From Heterodontus francisci (taxonomy: Eukaryota), in contig NW_027140532.1 of NCBI RefSeq assembly GCF_036365525.1, positions 1-64,000 on the forward strand: DNA of 64,000 nt, written 5' to 3'. Below, one piece after another: positions 1 through 12,984 of this stretch; positions within the stretch are counted from its first letter, which is position 1, and each line of letters begins with the position of its first letter. The position numbers were made by a program, and so were the translations under genes. The notes beneath the pieces are model-generated. The model searched no databases. It saw only the letters and a program-made list of their open reading frames with translations, and was not told the DNA's origin.

Positions 1-1500
1 TCCACCACCATTCACGACTAGATGTGGCAGGACTGCAGAGCTTAGATCTGATCCGTTGGTTGTGGGATCGCTTAGCTCTATCACATGCTGCTGCTGCTGT
101 TTGGATACGCAAGTATTCCTGTGTTGTAGCTTCACCAGGCTGACACCTCAGTTTTATTTTCTTTTATTCTTTCTTGGGATGTGGGCATTGCTGGCAAGGC
201 CAGCATTTGTTCACCATCCCTAATCGCCCTTGAACGGAGTGGCTTGCTCGGCCATTTCAGAGGGAAGTTAAGAGTCAACCACATTGCTGTGGGTCTGGAG
301 TCACATGTGGGCCAGACCAGGTGAGGACGGCAGATTTCCTTCCCTGAAGGGCGCTAGTGAACCAGATGGGTTTTTACGACAATCGATAGTTTCATGGCAC
401 CCGTTAGCAAGATGAGCTTTCAATTCCAGATGTTTTTATTAATCACTTGAATTTATTAATTGAATTTAAATTCCACCCAGCTGGTATTTGAACCTGTGTC
501 CCCAGAGCTTTAGCCTGGGCCTTTGGACTAGTTGAGTGACATGACCACTACCCCACCGCCTCCCCTAAGTATACCTGGTGCTGCTCAAGGCAAGTTCCAC
601 ATTGAACCGGGGTTGCTCTCCTGGCTTGATGGTAATGGTAGATGGGTATATGCCGGGCCATGAGGTTACAGATTGTGGTTGAGTACAATTCTGCTGCTGC
701 TGATGGCCCACAGCGCCTCATGGATGCCCAGTTTTGAGCTGCTAGATCTGATCGAAATCTGCCCCGTTTAGCATGGCGGTAGTGCCACACAACATGATGG
801 TGGGTACCCTCAGTGTGAAGATGGGACTTCGCCTCCACAAGGGACTGTGCGGTGGTCACTCCTACCAATACTGTCATGGACAGATGCATCTGCGGCAGGC
901 AGATTGGTGAGGACGAGGTCAAGTGGTTTTTCTCTCTTGGTTCCCTTCCCACCTGCCGCAGACCCAGTCTAGCAGCTATGTCCTTTAGGACTCGGCCAGC
1001 TCGGTCAGTCGTGGTGCTACCGAGCCACCTTTGGTGATGGACATTGAAGTCCCCCACCCAGCATACATTCTGTGCCCTTGCTACCCTCAGTGTTTCTGCC
1101 AGTTGTTCAACATGGAGGAGTACTGATTCATCAGCTGAGGGAGGGGTGGGGGGGTGGCGGTAGGTGGTAATCATCGGGAGATTTCCTTGCCCATGTTTGA
1201 CCTGATGCCATGAGACTTCATGGCGTCAGGAGTCAATGTTGAGGATTCCCAGGGCAACTCCCTCCCAACTGTATACCACTGTGCTGCCAACTCTGGTGTA
1301 TCTATCCTGCCGGTGGGACAGGACATACCCGGCGATAGTGATGGCAGTGTCTGGGACATGGTCAGATACGATTCCGTGAGTATGACTGTCAGGCTGTTGC
1401 TTGACTAGCCTGTGGGACAGCTCTCCCAACTTTGACACAAACCCCCAGGTGTTAGTAAGGAGGACTTTACAGGGTCGACAGGGCTGAGTTTGCTGTTGTA
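1..1500 (-). mobile_element. Decayed LINE (CR1/L2-group) ORF2 5' part with AP-endonuclease domain, interrupted by a SINE at ~155-566
   Basis: ORF 548..1174(-) contains the APE motif CWVGDFNVHHQRWLGSTTTDRAGRVL; ORF 1226..1552(-) contains LTNTWGFVSKLGELSHRLVKQQPD; multiple frameshifts. Confidence 0.8.
155..566 (-). mobile_element. tRNA-derived SINE (probable Meta-domain family) with LINE-derived 3' tail
   Basis: Reverse complement of the SINE at 10445-10850 (GGAAGGAAATCTGCCGTCCT...GTGACTCCAGACCCACAGCAATGTGG core); T-rich tail at 151-175. Confidence 0.75.
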
Positions 1501-1619
1501 GCAGTTTGGTACAACTGAGTGCCTTGTTCGGCCATTTGAGGGAGGCAGTCAAGAGTCAGCCACATTGCTGTAGGCCAGACCAAGTAAGGAAGGCAGATTT
1601 CATTCCTAAAGGACAGTGA

Positions 1620-2060
1620 TTCCTGAGATGAGAGGGTCGACCTCTGGTAGATTGAGTCGAAGGTGCTGTGCTCCCTGGAGTTTAGAAGAATGAGAGGTGA
1701 CCACATTAAAACGTAAGACACTGAGAGGGCTTGACAGGGAAGATGCTGATGGGAGGTTCCCACTTGAAGGGGAATCTAGCACAGGGGCCACAGTCGCAGG
1801 ACGAGAAGTCAACTATTTAGGACTGAGATGAGAAATTTGTTCACTCAAAAGGGTTGTGAATCGTTGGAATTCTCTTCCCCAGAGGTTTGTGGATGCTCCG
1901 TCGTTGAATGCATTTAAGACTGGGATTGATAGATTTTTGGGCACAGAGGGAATCGAGGGATAAGGGAAGCGGGCGGGAAAGTGGAGTTGAGGTCGAAGGT
2001 CAACCATGATAATTAAATGGCGGAGCAGGCTCGAGGGGCCACGTGGCCTACTCCTACTAC
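1620..2060 (+). mobile_element. CR1 LINE 3' fragment
   Basis: GGAGTTTAGAAGAATGAGAGGTGA...CAGGCTCGAGGGGCC...GGCCTACTCCT tail shared with other CR1 copies in the window. Confidence 0.8.
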
Positions 2061-2155
2061 TTATCGCCCCTTTCTTCTGAGCCGATGAGGGAAGCTGTCC
2101 TGAGGCATCGCTGCCTGTCGGTCTGACCTCCCTGTGTGTTTTTTCTTCCTTTCAG

Positions 2156-2203
2156 ACACTGACCGGGAAGGAGATTGAAATCGATATCGAGCCCACTGAT
2201 AAG
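2156..2203 (+). CDS. NEDD8: NEDD8 coding exon (TLTGKEIEIDIEPTDK); the start exon (MLIKVK) was not found and probably lies upstream of the window
   Basis: Polypyrimidine tract + ttcag acceptor, gtgag donor; translation matches NEDD8 residues 7-22. Confidence 0.97.
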
Positions 2204-2355
2204 GTGAGATCCGCATCCGGCTCGTCCTTGTCTCACTCGGCACATTTCCCAACTTGTGTGCCTCTGTGCTTAGGTTGTCCGGCCCGTGCGTGCTTTCAAT
2301 TTGTTTTTGTCACGCACCAATCTGTTGGAGTGTGCTGGAACGTTGATGATGCCGG

Positions 2356-3308
2356 TGTTATGACCTCTATGAGTCCGTTGTAGTTAAGCTACAAGATACG
2401 AACCCCCAGGCCAGTTTAAAGAATTACACGACCCGATTTCACATTTTAAGGCTTTCATTATAAAAAAAACTAAACTGCAAGAAATTCCCATTAACTAAAT
2501 AGACTTTATAAGTAGCTGATGCCCCAAATTATAAAGAAAAGTATTTTCTTATTAAAATACTTGAAAACCTCACACCCCACCTGCAAGTTACATAGTCCTC
2601 TTTGATGGTGAAATCCTTCCTCCTCCTCCTCCCAGTAGCAATGGGTCGGATCTCCTAGAATTTTCCCAAAGTCAATGTTCTCCTTGCTCACTTCTCTGAG
2701 TACTTTCGAGCTGGGCGTCCGTGAATAAGGCAATTCCTGTGATCCTGCTGGTCTTTTACTTGTCCGCAAACTTCAACTTTCGAAACAGGTTCAAGTCTTT
2801 GCAACCTTGTGCTCTCAGTTCTTTTTCTCTCCCTTGAAGCTGCCGCCGCTTGTTTCCTTTTTTTTTTTACAGCCGGTCTGCCTTCGGAAAGTCTGTCAAA
2901 TTTATCTAGAATCAAAAGCCAATAGCTCCTTGTCTTTTTCTAATATTCATAGTCCAGAAGTCTGGCTTCAGCAGAGCCATCTGGGCTTTACAGTGTTTCC
3001 AGGCGTTAGCAGCTGCCGTGCACGTTTGCATCCTCAGAATCACTGACTCCTTGCTTACGATCCGCAAGTCTGGGAGCGTGAAATCCATTGTTCAGGTGTT
3101 GTACCCCAGCAGTCTCTGTTTTTTTTTGTAAAAGAAGAGTCTTTGACCTGTGTTGTCCTGGTAACCAAGATTTCTGTCTCGTCTTCAAGCAGAGTTGGTG
3201 AGGTCACCTGACTTCTCTGACTCAAGCTTTTAAAAGTTGTTTTTTTAAAAAAAAAAATCATGTTACAAATCCAGTGTTCATAAACATTGGGGCTCGCGTT
3301 TCGTAACG
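2356..3308. mobile_element. Possible solo LTR-like interspersed repeat in NEDD8 intron
   Basis: Termini TGTTATGA...TCGTAACG form a short imperfect inverted repeat typical of LTR ends; no clear TSD or coding remnant. Confidence 0.35.
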
Positions 3309-3367
3309 CGTCAGTATTAAGAGTCGCTCCTGTCCGATGTGGATCTGGTGTTGTTTCCACCCTTTAG

Positions 3368-3450
3368 GTGGAGCGAATAAAAGAGCGAGTGGAGGAAAAA
3401 GAGGGAATCCCCCCGCAGCAGCAGCGCCTCATCTACAGCGGGAAACAGAT
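3368..3450 (+). CDS. NEDD8: NEDD8 coding exon (VERIKERVEEKEGIPPQQQRLIYSGKQM)
   Basis: tttag acceptor, gtgagt donor, phase 0 in and phase 2 out; exact NEDD8 peptide. Confidence 0.97.
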
Positions 3451-4377
3451 GTGAGTATCAGGCAGCGGAGGGGTGGATAGTGAGAGCCTGTATTTACATG
3501 GTGCCTTTCTGGACGTCCCAAAGCGCTTTACAACCAATTGAGTACTCCTTTTGAAGTGTCATCACTGTTGTAATGTGTAAGACTCTTATAAATGGGGTCT
3601 CACTTCCCTCTTAAGGTCCTGCCCCCGTACTGAGAATCGATCGCACGAAACAGACTTTGGGTACTATTTCCACTTTATGTGGAACACCTTTATTAACTCA
3701 CCAAGCAATAGTATATACTTACAACACCAGTCGCTCAGTAGGCACGCGTACAGGAGCTCATTCCCAGGTGGTCAGATCCACTGAGCAACTTCTCCCGCGT
3801 GACTTCCTGTGACTGGTCAAGTCATGCTTCCTGGCTGCAGCGTCAATGTTCCTTGTGAGCTGTGGCTTCATACCCCTTTCTGACCCTGGTCCCTCGACAT
3901 ACAAGGTAAGGTTTTGAATTGGGTCATCCGATTGGGTTTCAGTGCCTTATCAATCCCACCCTGGCTATGCAGGACCACCTGCATGTGGTCATACCCTGCT
4001 CCCAGCAGGGTGGGGTCTTGGGTGCATACCAGCAATGGATGTGATTTCTGCATCTTGATAAGGCAAGAAGGAAACCCCACACATTTCAAAAGGCCAATGT
4101 CCATGAGTGTGGTTATAGACAAGCTGTTCGATGTTGTAACAACCCAGGCTACCACATCAGTGGCATGTCCTGATTTGTCTGTCTGTGTATGCGGGGGTCC
4201 CTGTTCAGTTTACATTCCCGGGCATGTCAGCCCTGCATTGTAGGGGCTCGAGCCTCTGGAGTGTTGGGGGTTTTGTGTGTGGGGGGTGGGGGGGGACTCA
4301 AACCTGTGACCTTCTGAGATCCAGGGTTGGCTGGGGGGGGGGCAGTGGTGTGGGGGGGAAGGTGCGGTGGTTGGTAA

Positions 4378-4521
<144 letters not shown>

Positions 4522-4934
4522 TTGAACACAGACCTCAAGTCGGGAAAAGAGAGGGGTGTTGGGGTGGGGGGGGGAGGAGGGGAGGGGTGGGTCTTACCCC
4601 TCAAATGCATGGAACTTTACAGACCCCGACACCCATCCGTGTGCCCCCTTCTCTTTCCTCCCCCATCCCCCCAAAGTAGATACCAACCCCTCTCGGTTCT
4701 GCCTCTCCCTCACCCCTACCGATAATTAGCGCCCACCGGAATGAGCAGTTCGCTATTTGCATTACATTCGGTTTTGTTTTTTTAATTAAGGTGTATCAAT
4801 GCTTAATTCCTTTCATGTTTGTTCCCCGCCGCCTCTCGCTGAGAGACTGGGTGCACCTCTGGTCCTCCAGTTCGGTTGTTTCTGACCTTGTTGAGTGAAA
4901 GGCTCAGAGCTCACGGACCAGATGGAGACAGAGA

Positions 4935-4948
4935 AATAAACAATTAAA
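4935..4948 (+). terminator. NEDD8 polyadenylation signals (AATAAA 4935-4940, ATTAAA 4943-4948)
   Basis: Hexamers ~415 nt after the stop, followed by GT/T-rich sequence. Confidence 0.7.
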
Positions 4949-5069
4949 CTGACTGAATTTCGCTTCCTTGACATCTGTCTCGTGTGTGGAGCTTTGTTTT
5001 TCTCTTCCACCTCTCCCTTTTATTTTTGGGAGGGGGAAGGTGGGCAGACATGACTAACTTAGCGGCGAG

Positions 5070-5575
5070 GGGAGGCCGTTCAGCCCCATGAGCCTGTACC
5101 GTCATTCAATCGGATCGTGGCTGATCTGTTCCTGAACTCCCATCTACCCACCCTGATGCCGTAACCTTTAACCCCCTTGCCTACCGAAAGAACTTTCGAT
5201 CTCAGTTTTTTTTGAGGCGAGATTTCCACTAGCCTTTGTGTGAAGAAGTGTTTCCTGACATCACCCCTGAACAGCCCAGCTCTCAATTTAAGGTTCCGCG
5301 CCCTTGTTCTAGATTTTCCCCCATCAGAGGAAATAGTTTTCACTTTCTCTCTTTCTACATATACCCTATTGAATCCTCTAACCCTCTTTAACATCTCGAT
5401 TAGATCACCCCCTTAATCCTCCATAATCGAGGGCGTACGGGCCCAGTCGGGGAGACCTCCTCGTAAAGCAACCCTTTTCGGCCTGGCATAATTCTCGTGA
5501 ATCTGCACTACACCCGCCTCCTGAGGTGTGGTGCCCGGAACTAGACGCCATTCTCCATTTGCGGTCTCAGCAGAG
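5070..5575 (-). mobile_element. CR1 LINE 3' fragment
   Basis: ORF 5080..5394(-) contains RTRARNLKLRAGLFRGDVRKHFFTQR, the CR1 ORF2 C-terminus. Confidence 0.75.
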
Positions 5576-6194
5576 TTTAAAGATCAGCACATTAGTCATG
5601 GAAGTTCTTACTATTCAGGCTCCCTAATAAGCCCAGGTGAGCCCAGTCTGTTGACACGGGAGTAAACCTGGGAGACATGAATCCGATAAGTTAGGTCGAT
5701 ATGACTTTTACTGTTGGCAGCTTTTTCTTCCCAGCTTTTCTTGGACGACACCACCTGCAAGTTCCCCTCCAAGCCACACACCATCCTGACTTGGAACTAT
5801 ATCGCCGTTCCTTCACTGTCGCTGGGTCAAAATCCTGGCACTCCCTAACGGCACGGTGGGTGTACCTGCTCCACATGGACTGCAGCGGTTCAAGGAGGCA
5901 GCGCACCACCACCTCAAGGGCAATGAGAGACGGGCAATAAATGCTGGCTCAGCCAACGACGCCCACATCCCATGAGAGAATTAAAAAAAACATTGGGCGA
6001 AACTTTTTTTATTTAAACCGAGGCCCAACTTGTTGAGTTCTGGGTGGTGGGGGAAGGATTTGGAGGTGGATTGGAGAGCCAGTCATTGGCCGTTTTGTTA
6101 CCTATTGCGTGACACCAGTTTGCACTCCCAGACTTTCCCTAGATTCTCCTTAGCGTTTGCTTAATGCAAAATCCTTGTCTTTCGCACCCCATGC

Positions 6195-7085
6195 AACAGA
6201 AGTGGGGCTGTATGTTGATTGCACAATGTTCACCATTCGCGCTTCCTCAGATACTGAAGCAGTCCATGTCCAGATGTCGCAAGACCTGGACAAGATCCAG
6301 GCTTGGACTGATAAGTGGCAAGTAACATTTGCGCCACACAAGTGCCAGGCAATGACCATCTCCAACAAGAGAGAATCTAACCATCTCCCCTTGACGTTCA
6401 GTGGCATTACCATCACTGGATCCCCCACTATCAACATCCTGGGGGGGGGTTACCATTGACCAGAAACTGAACTGGAGCAGCCACATAAATACTGTGGCTA
6501 CAAGAGCAGGTCAGAGGCTGGGAATTCTGCGGCGAGTAACTCACCTCCTGTCTCCCCAAAGCCCGTCCACCATCGACAAGGCACAAGTCAGGAGTGTGAT
6601 GGAATACTGTCCGCTTGCCTGGATGGGTGCAGCTCCAACAACACTCAAGAAGCTCGACACCATCCAGGACAAAGCGGCCTGCTTGATTGGCACACCATCC
6701 ACAAACATTCACTCCCTCCATCACCGACGCACAGTGACAGCAGTATGTACTATCTACAAGATGCACTGCAGCAACGCACCAAGGCTCCTTCGACAGCACC
6801 TTCCAAACCTGCGACCTCTAACACCTAGAAGGACAAGGGCAGCAGATGCATGGGAACACCACCACCTGCAAGTTCCCCTCCAAGTCACACCATCCTGACT
6901 TGGATCTGTATCGCCGTTCCTTCACTGTGGCTGGGTCAAAATCCTGGAATTCCCTTCCTAACAGCACTGTGGATGTACCTACACCCCAAGGACTGCAGTG
7001 GTTCACGAAGGCAGCTCACCACCACCTTCTCAAGGGCAATTAGGGCCTAGTCAGCGATGCCCACAACCCCAAAAGAATGTTTTAA
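6195..7085 (+). mobile_element. LINE (CR1/L2-group) RT C-terminus and 3' end; further 3'-end copies at ~5746-5990, 15945-16575 and 25175-25415
   Basis: DLDKIQAWTDKWQVTFAPHKCQ...QKLNWSSHINTVATRAGQRLG; shared tail CACCACCTTCTCAAGGGCAATTAGG. Confidence 0.8.
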
Positions 7086-8760
7086 AAATTGAGGCATTTG
7101 AACATGATAAACTTTCGGATGGAGTTGTTTCTGGACTGAGAGTGAGGGCAGGGGTGATGGGTGAACAGGACATGTAGTGAGTTCGGATACGGGCATTTTG
7201 GATCAACTCCAGTTAATGTCGGACAGAAAGGCTGGTCAGGAACGTATTGGAATAGTCGAGTTGAGGTAACAAGCGTGGATGAGGGCTCGAACAGCCGATG
7301 GACTGAGGCTGGGAAAGGAGGTGAGGCGTGATCTGGGGGGAGGTTGGCGGCCTTCGTGATGGAGAGGATGCTGGGTGGGGGGTGGGGGGGGTAGGTGGTT
7401 GGAAGCTCAGCTCGGGGCCAAATAGGACGCGGAGGTTGTGAACAATCTGGTTCAACCTCAAGACAGCAGCCAGGGGATAACAGTTTTGATCTTCCCAATG
7501 TTGAATTGGAGTTTCATGCATAACTGGTCTACCAGACTAAGTCCTGGAATGGGCGGGTTGTCTTATGAGGAAAGGTTGGACAGGCTGGGCTTGTATCCGC
7601 TGGAGTTTAGAAGAGTAAGAGTCGACTTGATTGCAACATACAAGATCCTGAGGGGTCTTGACAGGGTGGATGTGGAAAGGATGTTTCCCCTTGTGGGAGA
7701 ATCTAGAACTAGGGGTCACTGTTTAAAAATAAGGGGTCGTCCATTTAAGACAAGAGATGAGGAGAAATTTTTTCTCTGAGGGTCGTGAGTCTTTGGAACT
7801 CTTCCTCAAAAGGCGGTGGAAGCAAATAAGGCAGAGGTCGATAGATTCTTGATAAGCAAGGGGGTGAAAGGTTATCGGGGGTAGGTGGGAATGTGGAGTT
7901 GAGGTTACAATCAGATCAGCCATGATCTTATTGAATGGCGGAGCAGGCTCGAGTGGCCTATTCCTGCTCCTGATTTGTATGTTGGACCAGCAGTCTGTCA
8001 ATACGGGGCAATGAAAAGAGGCAGAGCTGAATGTCGTCAGTGGAAGCTGCCTCCGTTTTTTTTGTTTTGAAAACGTCTGCAAGAGGCAACAAGGAAGATG
8101 GCGGGCGGGGTTGCAAGGAAGAAGCTGTGGGGAAGCTCCAGAGATAACGGGGCAGGGATCGGAAGAGAAGCCACTGCTGGAGATGCTCTGGCTATGATAG
8201 GTTAAGAACAAAACCAAATGAGGGTAATCCCACTCAAGTGGACAAGAGGCATTGGAGGTGTAGGGTGTGGTCGGCCGTAACAAAGGCTGCAGATAGGACG
8301 AGCAGGGATAGCGTGCCATGGCCTCTGTAATAGATCTGTTAAGCCCATTTCAGTGCTATTGGGGTGGGGTGAGGGGGGGGTGGGGTTCAAACGTGGAATT
8401 GCAGGAAAGATGGGCATAGATTTCGGAGGTGACGTCATGTTCAAGGACTGGGGAGGTTAGAGATGGGATGGTAGGTTGCAAGGGCAAGAGTCAAGGGTGA
8501 GTTTTTTTTCGAAGGATGAAGGCGGCATATTTGAAAAGGAAAGGGGAGGGTACCTGAGGAGAGGGAACCATTGACAACATCAGTTAACATGGGGGCCAGG
8601 AAGGAAGTTTTTTTGGGGGGGGGGGGTCAGCAATTTAGCGGCAATGCGGTTGGGAGAGCCGCTCCTGGATCTCTCAGACAATGAGCTGGGAGGGGGCACG
8701 AGGGAAAATGGGAGAGAGATTGGAATAAGGCACTGGTTCAGGGCTAAGGTGGGGGGGGGG
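7085..8760 (-). mobile_element. Old L2-like LINE fragments, interrupted by a younger CR1 3' fragment (7527-7985, +)
   Basis: Purine-rich degenerate L2 signature; nested CR1 encodes GMGGLSYEERLDRLGLYPLEFRRVR. Confidence 0.6.
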
Positions 8761-9034
8761 ATCTTTGGGAGTGTTTTGTTGGCTCAGCCGTGATCTAATA
8801 GGATAGTGGTAAGGGCTCAAGGGGCCGAATGGCCTCTTTCTGTTCCTATGAATGGGAAGAAGCAGCACAGGTGGCTAAAGGGATGCCCCCAGTGTGCAGT
8901 GAAGGCCGGGATGCTCCTGGCATTTGTTGCTGGAGGGGAGGGGTGGGGGGTGCATTCCGGGAGTAAGTTGGTAGCGGAGCAGAGAAGCCGACGGTTACCT
9001 GTGTTTTTTCAGGATGCACCTCGAGCACTGGGCG

Positions 9035-9340
9035 GACTTGCATTTATATAGCGCCCTTTCACGACCTCAGCACCTCCCAAGCCATTGAAGTATTTTCGAA
9101 GTGTAGTCTCTGTTGTGTAGGAAATGCGGCAGTCAGTACACGCACAGCAAGCTCCCACAAACAGCAATGTGATAATGACCAGGTAATCTGTTCTTGTGAT
9201 GTTGACTGAGCGACCAAATATTGGCCAGGAACTGGGGCAATAACTCCCCAGCTCTTCGAAACAGTGTCATGGTATCTTCTGTGTTCACCTTAACCAAAGA
9301 TGGCACCTCTGACAGTGCAGCACTGCCCTGGTGTGTCAGC
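9035..9340 (-). mobile_element. Deu-type (SacSINE1-like) SINE
   Basis: Reverse complement of CATTGCTGTTTGTGGGAGCTTGCTGTG...GGCGCTATATAAATGCAAG. Confidence 0.7.
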
Positions 9341-9354
9341 TTAGGTTTCTTGGT

Positions 9355-10335
9355 CCTTGGGGGCCCAAGCTGTTCACAATGTATATCAATGATTTGGATG
9401 TGGGGACCAAATGTAGTATTTCCAAGTTTGCGGATGACACAAAACTAGGTGGGAATGTGTGTTGTGAGGAAGTTGCAAAGCGGCTTCAAGGGGATTTGGA
9501 CAGACTTAGTGAGTGGACAAGAACGTGGCAGATGGAATATAATGTGGAAAAATGTGAGGTTATCCACTTTGGTAGGAGGAATAGATGTGCAGAGTATTTC
9601 ATAAATGGTAAGAAATTAGAACGTGTCGATGTACAAAGGGATCTGGGTGTCCTTGTCAGTAAGTCACTGAAAGCTAACATGCAGGTGCAGCTAAGGCTAA
9701 TTAAGAAGACTAATGGTATGTTAGCCTTTATCGCAATAGGATTTGAGTACAGGAATAGTGAAGTCTTGTTTTAATTGTATAGAACCTTGGTATGCTGTGT
9801 GCAGTTTTGGTCCCTTTATCTTAGGAAGGATATTATTGCCATAGAGGGAGTGCAATGAAAATTCACCAGACTTGTTCCTGGCATGGCAGGACTGTCCTTT
9901 GAAGAGAGATTGGGGAAACTGGGTCTGTATTCTTTAGATTGAAGAATGAGAGGTGATCTCATTGAAACCTACAAAATACTTAAAGGGGATAGACAGGGTA
10001 GATGCAGCTAAGATGTTTTCCCTGGTTGGGGAGTCTAGAACCAGGGGACACAATTTCAAAATAAGGGGGAAGCCACTTAGGACTGAGATGAGGAGAAATT
10101 TCTTTACTCAGAGGGTTGTAAATCTTTGGAATTCTCTACCCCAGAGGGCTGTGGAAGTTCAGTCATTGAGTATGTTTAAAGCAGAGATTGACAGATTTCT
10201 AAATACCAATGACATAAGGGGAGATGGGGATAGTGTGGGAGAAAGAAATTGAAGTGGATGATCGGCCATGATTGTATTGAATGGCGGGGCAGGCACGATG
10301 GGCTGAATGGCCTACTCCTGCTCCTATCTTCTTTG
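9355..10335 (+). mobile_element. CR1 LINE RT and 3' end, decayed
   Basis: LFTMYINDLD...ISKFADDTKLGG (RT YADD-type motif) to RRNFFTQRVVNLWNSLP; in-frame stops. Confidence 0.9.
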
Positions 10336-10444
10336 TGCTCAAGTCTCTGGAGGGTCTCTAACCACAACGTGCTGACTCCAAGGCAAGAGTACTACCAACT
10401 GCACAAGGCCCAATAGTGCTCGATGGACGTGAGAAGCAAAACCG

Positions 10445-10850
10445 GGCAGATGGTGATGTAGTGGTAATGTCACTGAACTAGTAATCCAGAGGCCCAGGCT
10501 AATGTTCTGGGGTCACGGGTTCAAATCTCACCACGGCAGCTGGTGGAATTTAAATTTGATTAATGTAAAAAAAAATCTGGAATTGAAAGCGAGTCTCAGC
10601 AATGGTGCCATGAAACGATCATCGATTGTCGTGAAAAATCCATCTGGTTCACTGATGCCCTTTAGGGAAGGAAATCTGCCATCCTCACCCGGTCTGGCCT
10701 ACATGTGACTCCAGACCCACAGCAATGTGGTATTAACTGTCCTCTGAAACGACCGAGCAAGCCACTCAGTTGTCAAGAGCAATGAGGGATGTTCAATGAA
10801 TGGTGGCCGAGCCAGTGTGGCCCACATCCCATGAAACAGTAAAGAAAAAC
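10445..10850 (+). mobile_element. Near full-length tRNA-derived SINE (probable Meta domain)
   Basis: A-box/B-box-like head (GTAGTGG...GGGTTCAAATCTC), central GGAAGGAAATCTGCC core, LINE-like tail CCCACATCCCATGAA. Confidence 0.75.
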
Positions 10851-12965
10851 CATATAGAATGGTAGTCAACATAAAAGGAAACCCAAAGATCTTATACTGG
10901 CATGTAAATAGTAAGCAAGTAGTAAAATGAGAAGTGGGGCCTATTGGGGACAGAGAGGGTAATATATGATTAAAGGCTCAGGGCAAGGCTAATATACTTA
11001 ATGAGTACTTTGTATCAGTGTTCGCTAAGGAAATGGACACTGCCTAAATATCAGTAGAAGTAGAGGCAGTGGATAGGATACAAATTTAGATGGGGGTGGG
11101 GGAGGGTGTGGAAGTACTAAAAAGGCTGGCTATGCTTAGGGTAGATAAGTCACCTGATCCAAATGGCTTGCATCCCAGGTTGCTATAGGAAGTGAGGATG
11201 GAGATAGTGGAAGGACTTGTGATGATCTTCCAGTCTTCCCTGGGTATGGGGGAGGTGCCAGAGGATTGGAGAGTGGAAAATGTGACACCCTTATTCAAGA
11301 AAGGGTGCAAAGACAACTACTGGTCAGTTAGTTTGACATCGTTGGTGGGTAAGGTTTTAGAAACAATAATCAGGGAAAATATGAATGGGCACTTAGAGAG
11401 GTTTGGGTTAATTAAGGATAGCCAGCATGGATTTGTAAAAGGCAGATCATGCTTGACTAATAGAATTTTTTGACAAAGTAACAGAGAAGGTTGAAAGGAA
11501 TGCAGTGGATTTTAAGAAAGCATTTGATACAAGTACCACATAAATGGCTGGTCAAGAAAATTGAGTCTCAGGAAATCGGAAGGTCAGTGTCCAATTGGAT
11601 ATAAAATTGTCTTAAGGACTGAAAACAGAGTCGCAGTAAACGATTGCTTTTCAGACGAGAGGATGGTAGACAGTGGTGTTCCCCAAGGGGCAGTGCTGGG
11701 ACTACTGCTTTTTGTTTTGCTATATATAAATGACTTGTAACTTGGAATACAGAGTAGAATCTCAAAATTTGCTGATGACACCAAACTTGGAGGTGTGGCA
11801 AACAGTGAGGATGTTATGGACCGTCTGCAACAGGACACAGATAGGCTAGCAGAATGGACAGAGGTGGCAGATGGAATTTAATACTCAGAAGTGTGAGGTG
11901 ATGCATTTTGGCAGAAGGAATAGGGAAAGGCAATATATACTCAATGGCACAGTTCTAAAGAGTGTGCAGGAACAGAGGGACCTGGGGGTGCATCGATCTT
12001 TGACGGTGGCTGGACATATTGAGAGAATGCTTAGTAAAGCATATGGGATCTTGGGCTTCATAAATAGAGGCATTGAGAACAAAAGCAGGGAAGTTATCCT
12101 GAACCTTTATAAAGCTCTGGTTCGGCCCCAACTAGAGTATTGCATCCAGTTCTGGTCACCACGCTTCAGGAAGGACGTGAGGCTCCTTGAGACGGTGCAG
12201 AGCTGATTTACCAGAATGGTTCCAGAGATGGAGGATTTTAGTTACAAAGTTAGGTTGGAAAAGCTGAGTTTGTTTTCCTCAGATCAAAGGAGATTTAATA
12301 GAAGTTTACAAGATTATGATGGGTTTAGATAAGTTACAGGGAAGAACTGTTCCCATTAACAAATGGTACAAGGAGACCCGGGTTCAATTCCGGGTACTGC
12401 CTGTGTGGAGTTTGCAAGTTCTCCCTGTGTCTGCGTGGGTTTCCTCCGGGTGCTCCGGTTTCCTCCCACAAGCCAAAGACTTGCAGGTTGATAGGTAAAT
12501 TGGCCATTAGAAATTGCCCCTAGTATAGGTAGGTGGTAGGGAAAATATAGGGACAGGTGGGGATGTGGTAGGAATATGGGATTAGTGTAGGATTAGTATA
12601 AGTGGGTGGTTGATGGTCGGCACAGACTCGGTGGGCCGAAGGGCCTGTTTCAGTGCTGTATCTCTAAACTAAACTAAACTAAGGAGTACAGAACACAGAC
12701 TGAAAGTTTTTGGCAAAAGATGCAGGGGGGAATATGAGAAAGCACTTTTTACACAGCGGGTAGTGATGACCTGGAACTCGCTGCCCACAAGGGTGGTGGA
12801 AGTGAAGATGATCAATGACTTCAAGAGGAAGTTGGTTGGCCACCTGAAAGAAATAGATGTGCAGGGCTACGGGGATCGAGGCAGGGAGTGGGGGGGACTG
12901 GCTGCATAATTTCCGTGGAGAGCCGGCATGGGCTCGATGGGTCGAATGGCCTCCCTCTGGGCTGT
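10850..12965 (+). mobile_element. CR1 LINE ORF2 (RT) remnant
   Basis: GEVPEDWRVENVTPLFKKG, SQHGFVKGRSCLTN, LYKALVRPQLEYCIQFWSP. Confidence 0.9.
12376..12680 (+). mobile_element. 5'-truncated V-SINE (HE1-like) inserted in CR1; a second copy lies at ~47278-47595 (-)
   Basis: V-domain TGTGTGGAGTTTGCA...GGGTTTCCTCCGGGTGCTCCGGTTTCCTCCCACA; (CTAAA)n tail; TSD AAGGAG at 12370-12375 and 12681-12686. Confidence 0.85.
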
Positions 12966-12984
12966 AAATGGCTGAGTCATCTCC

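Noticed and set aside
10445-10545. tRNA gene
   Set aside because: A/B boxes belong to a SINE head; no complete cloverleaf or CCA-proximal stem
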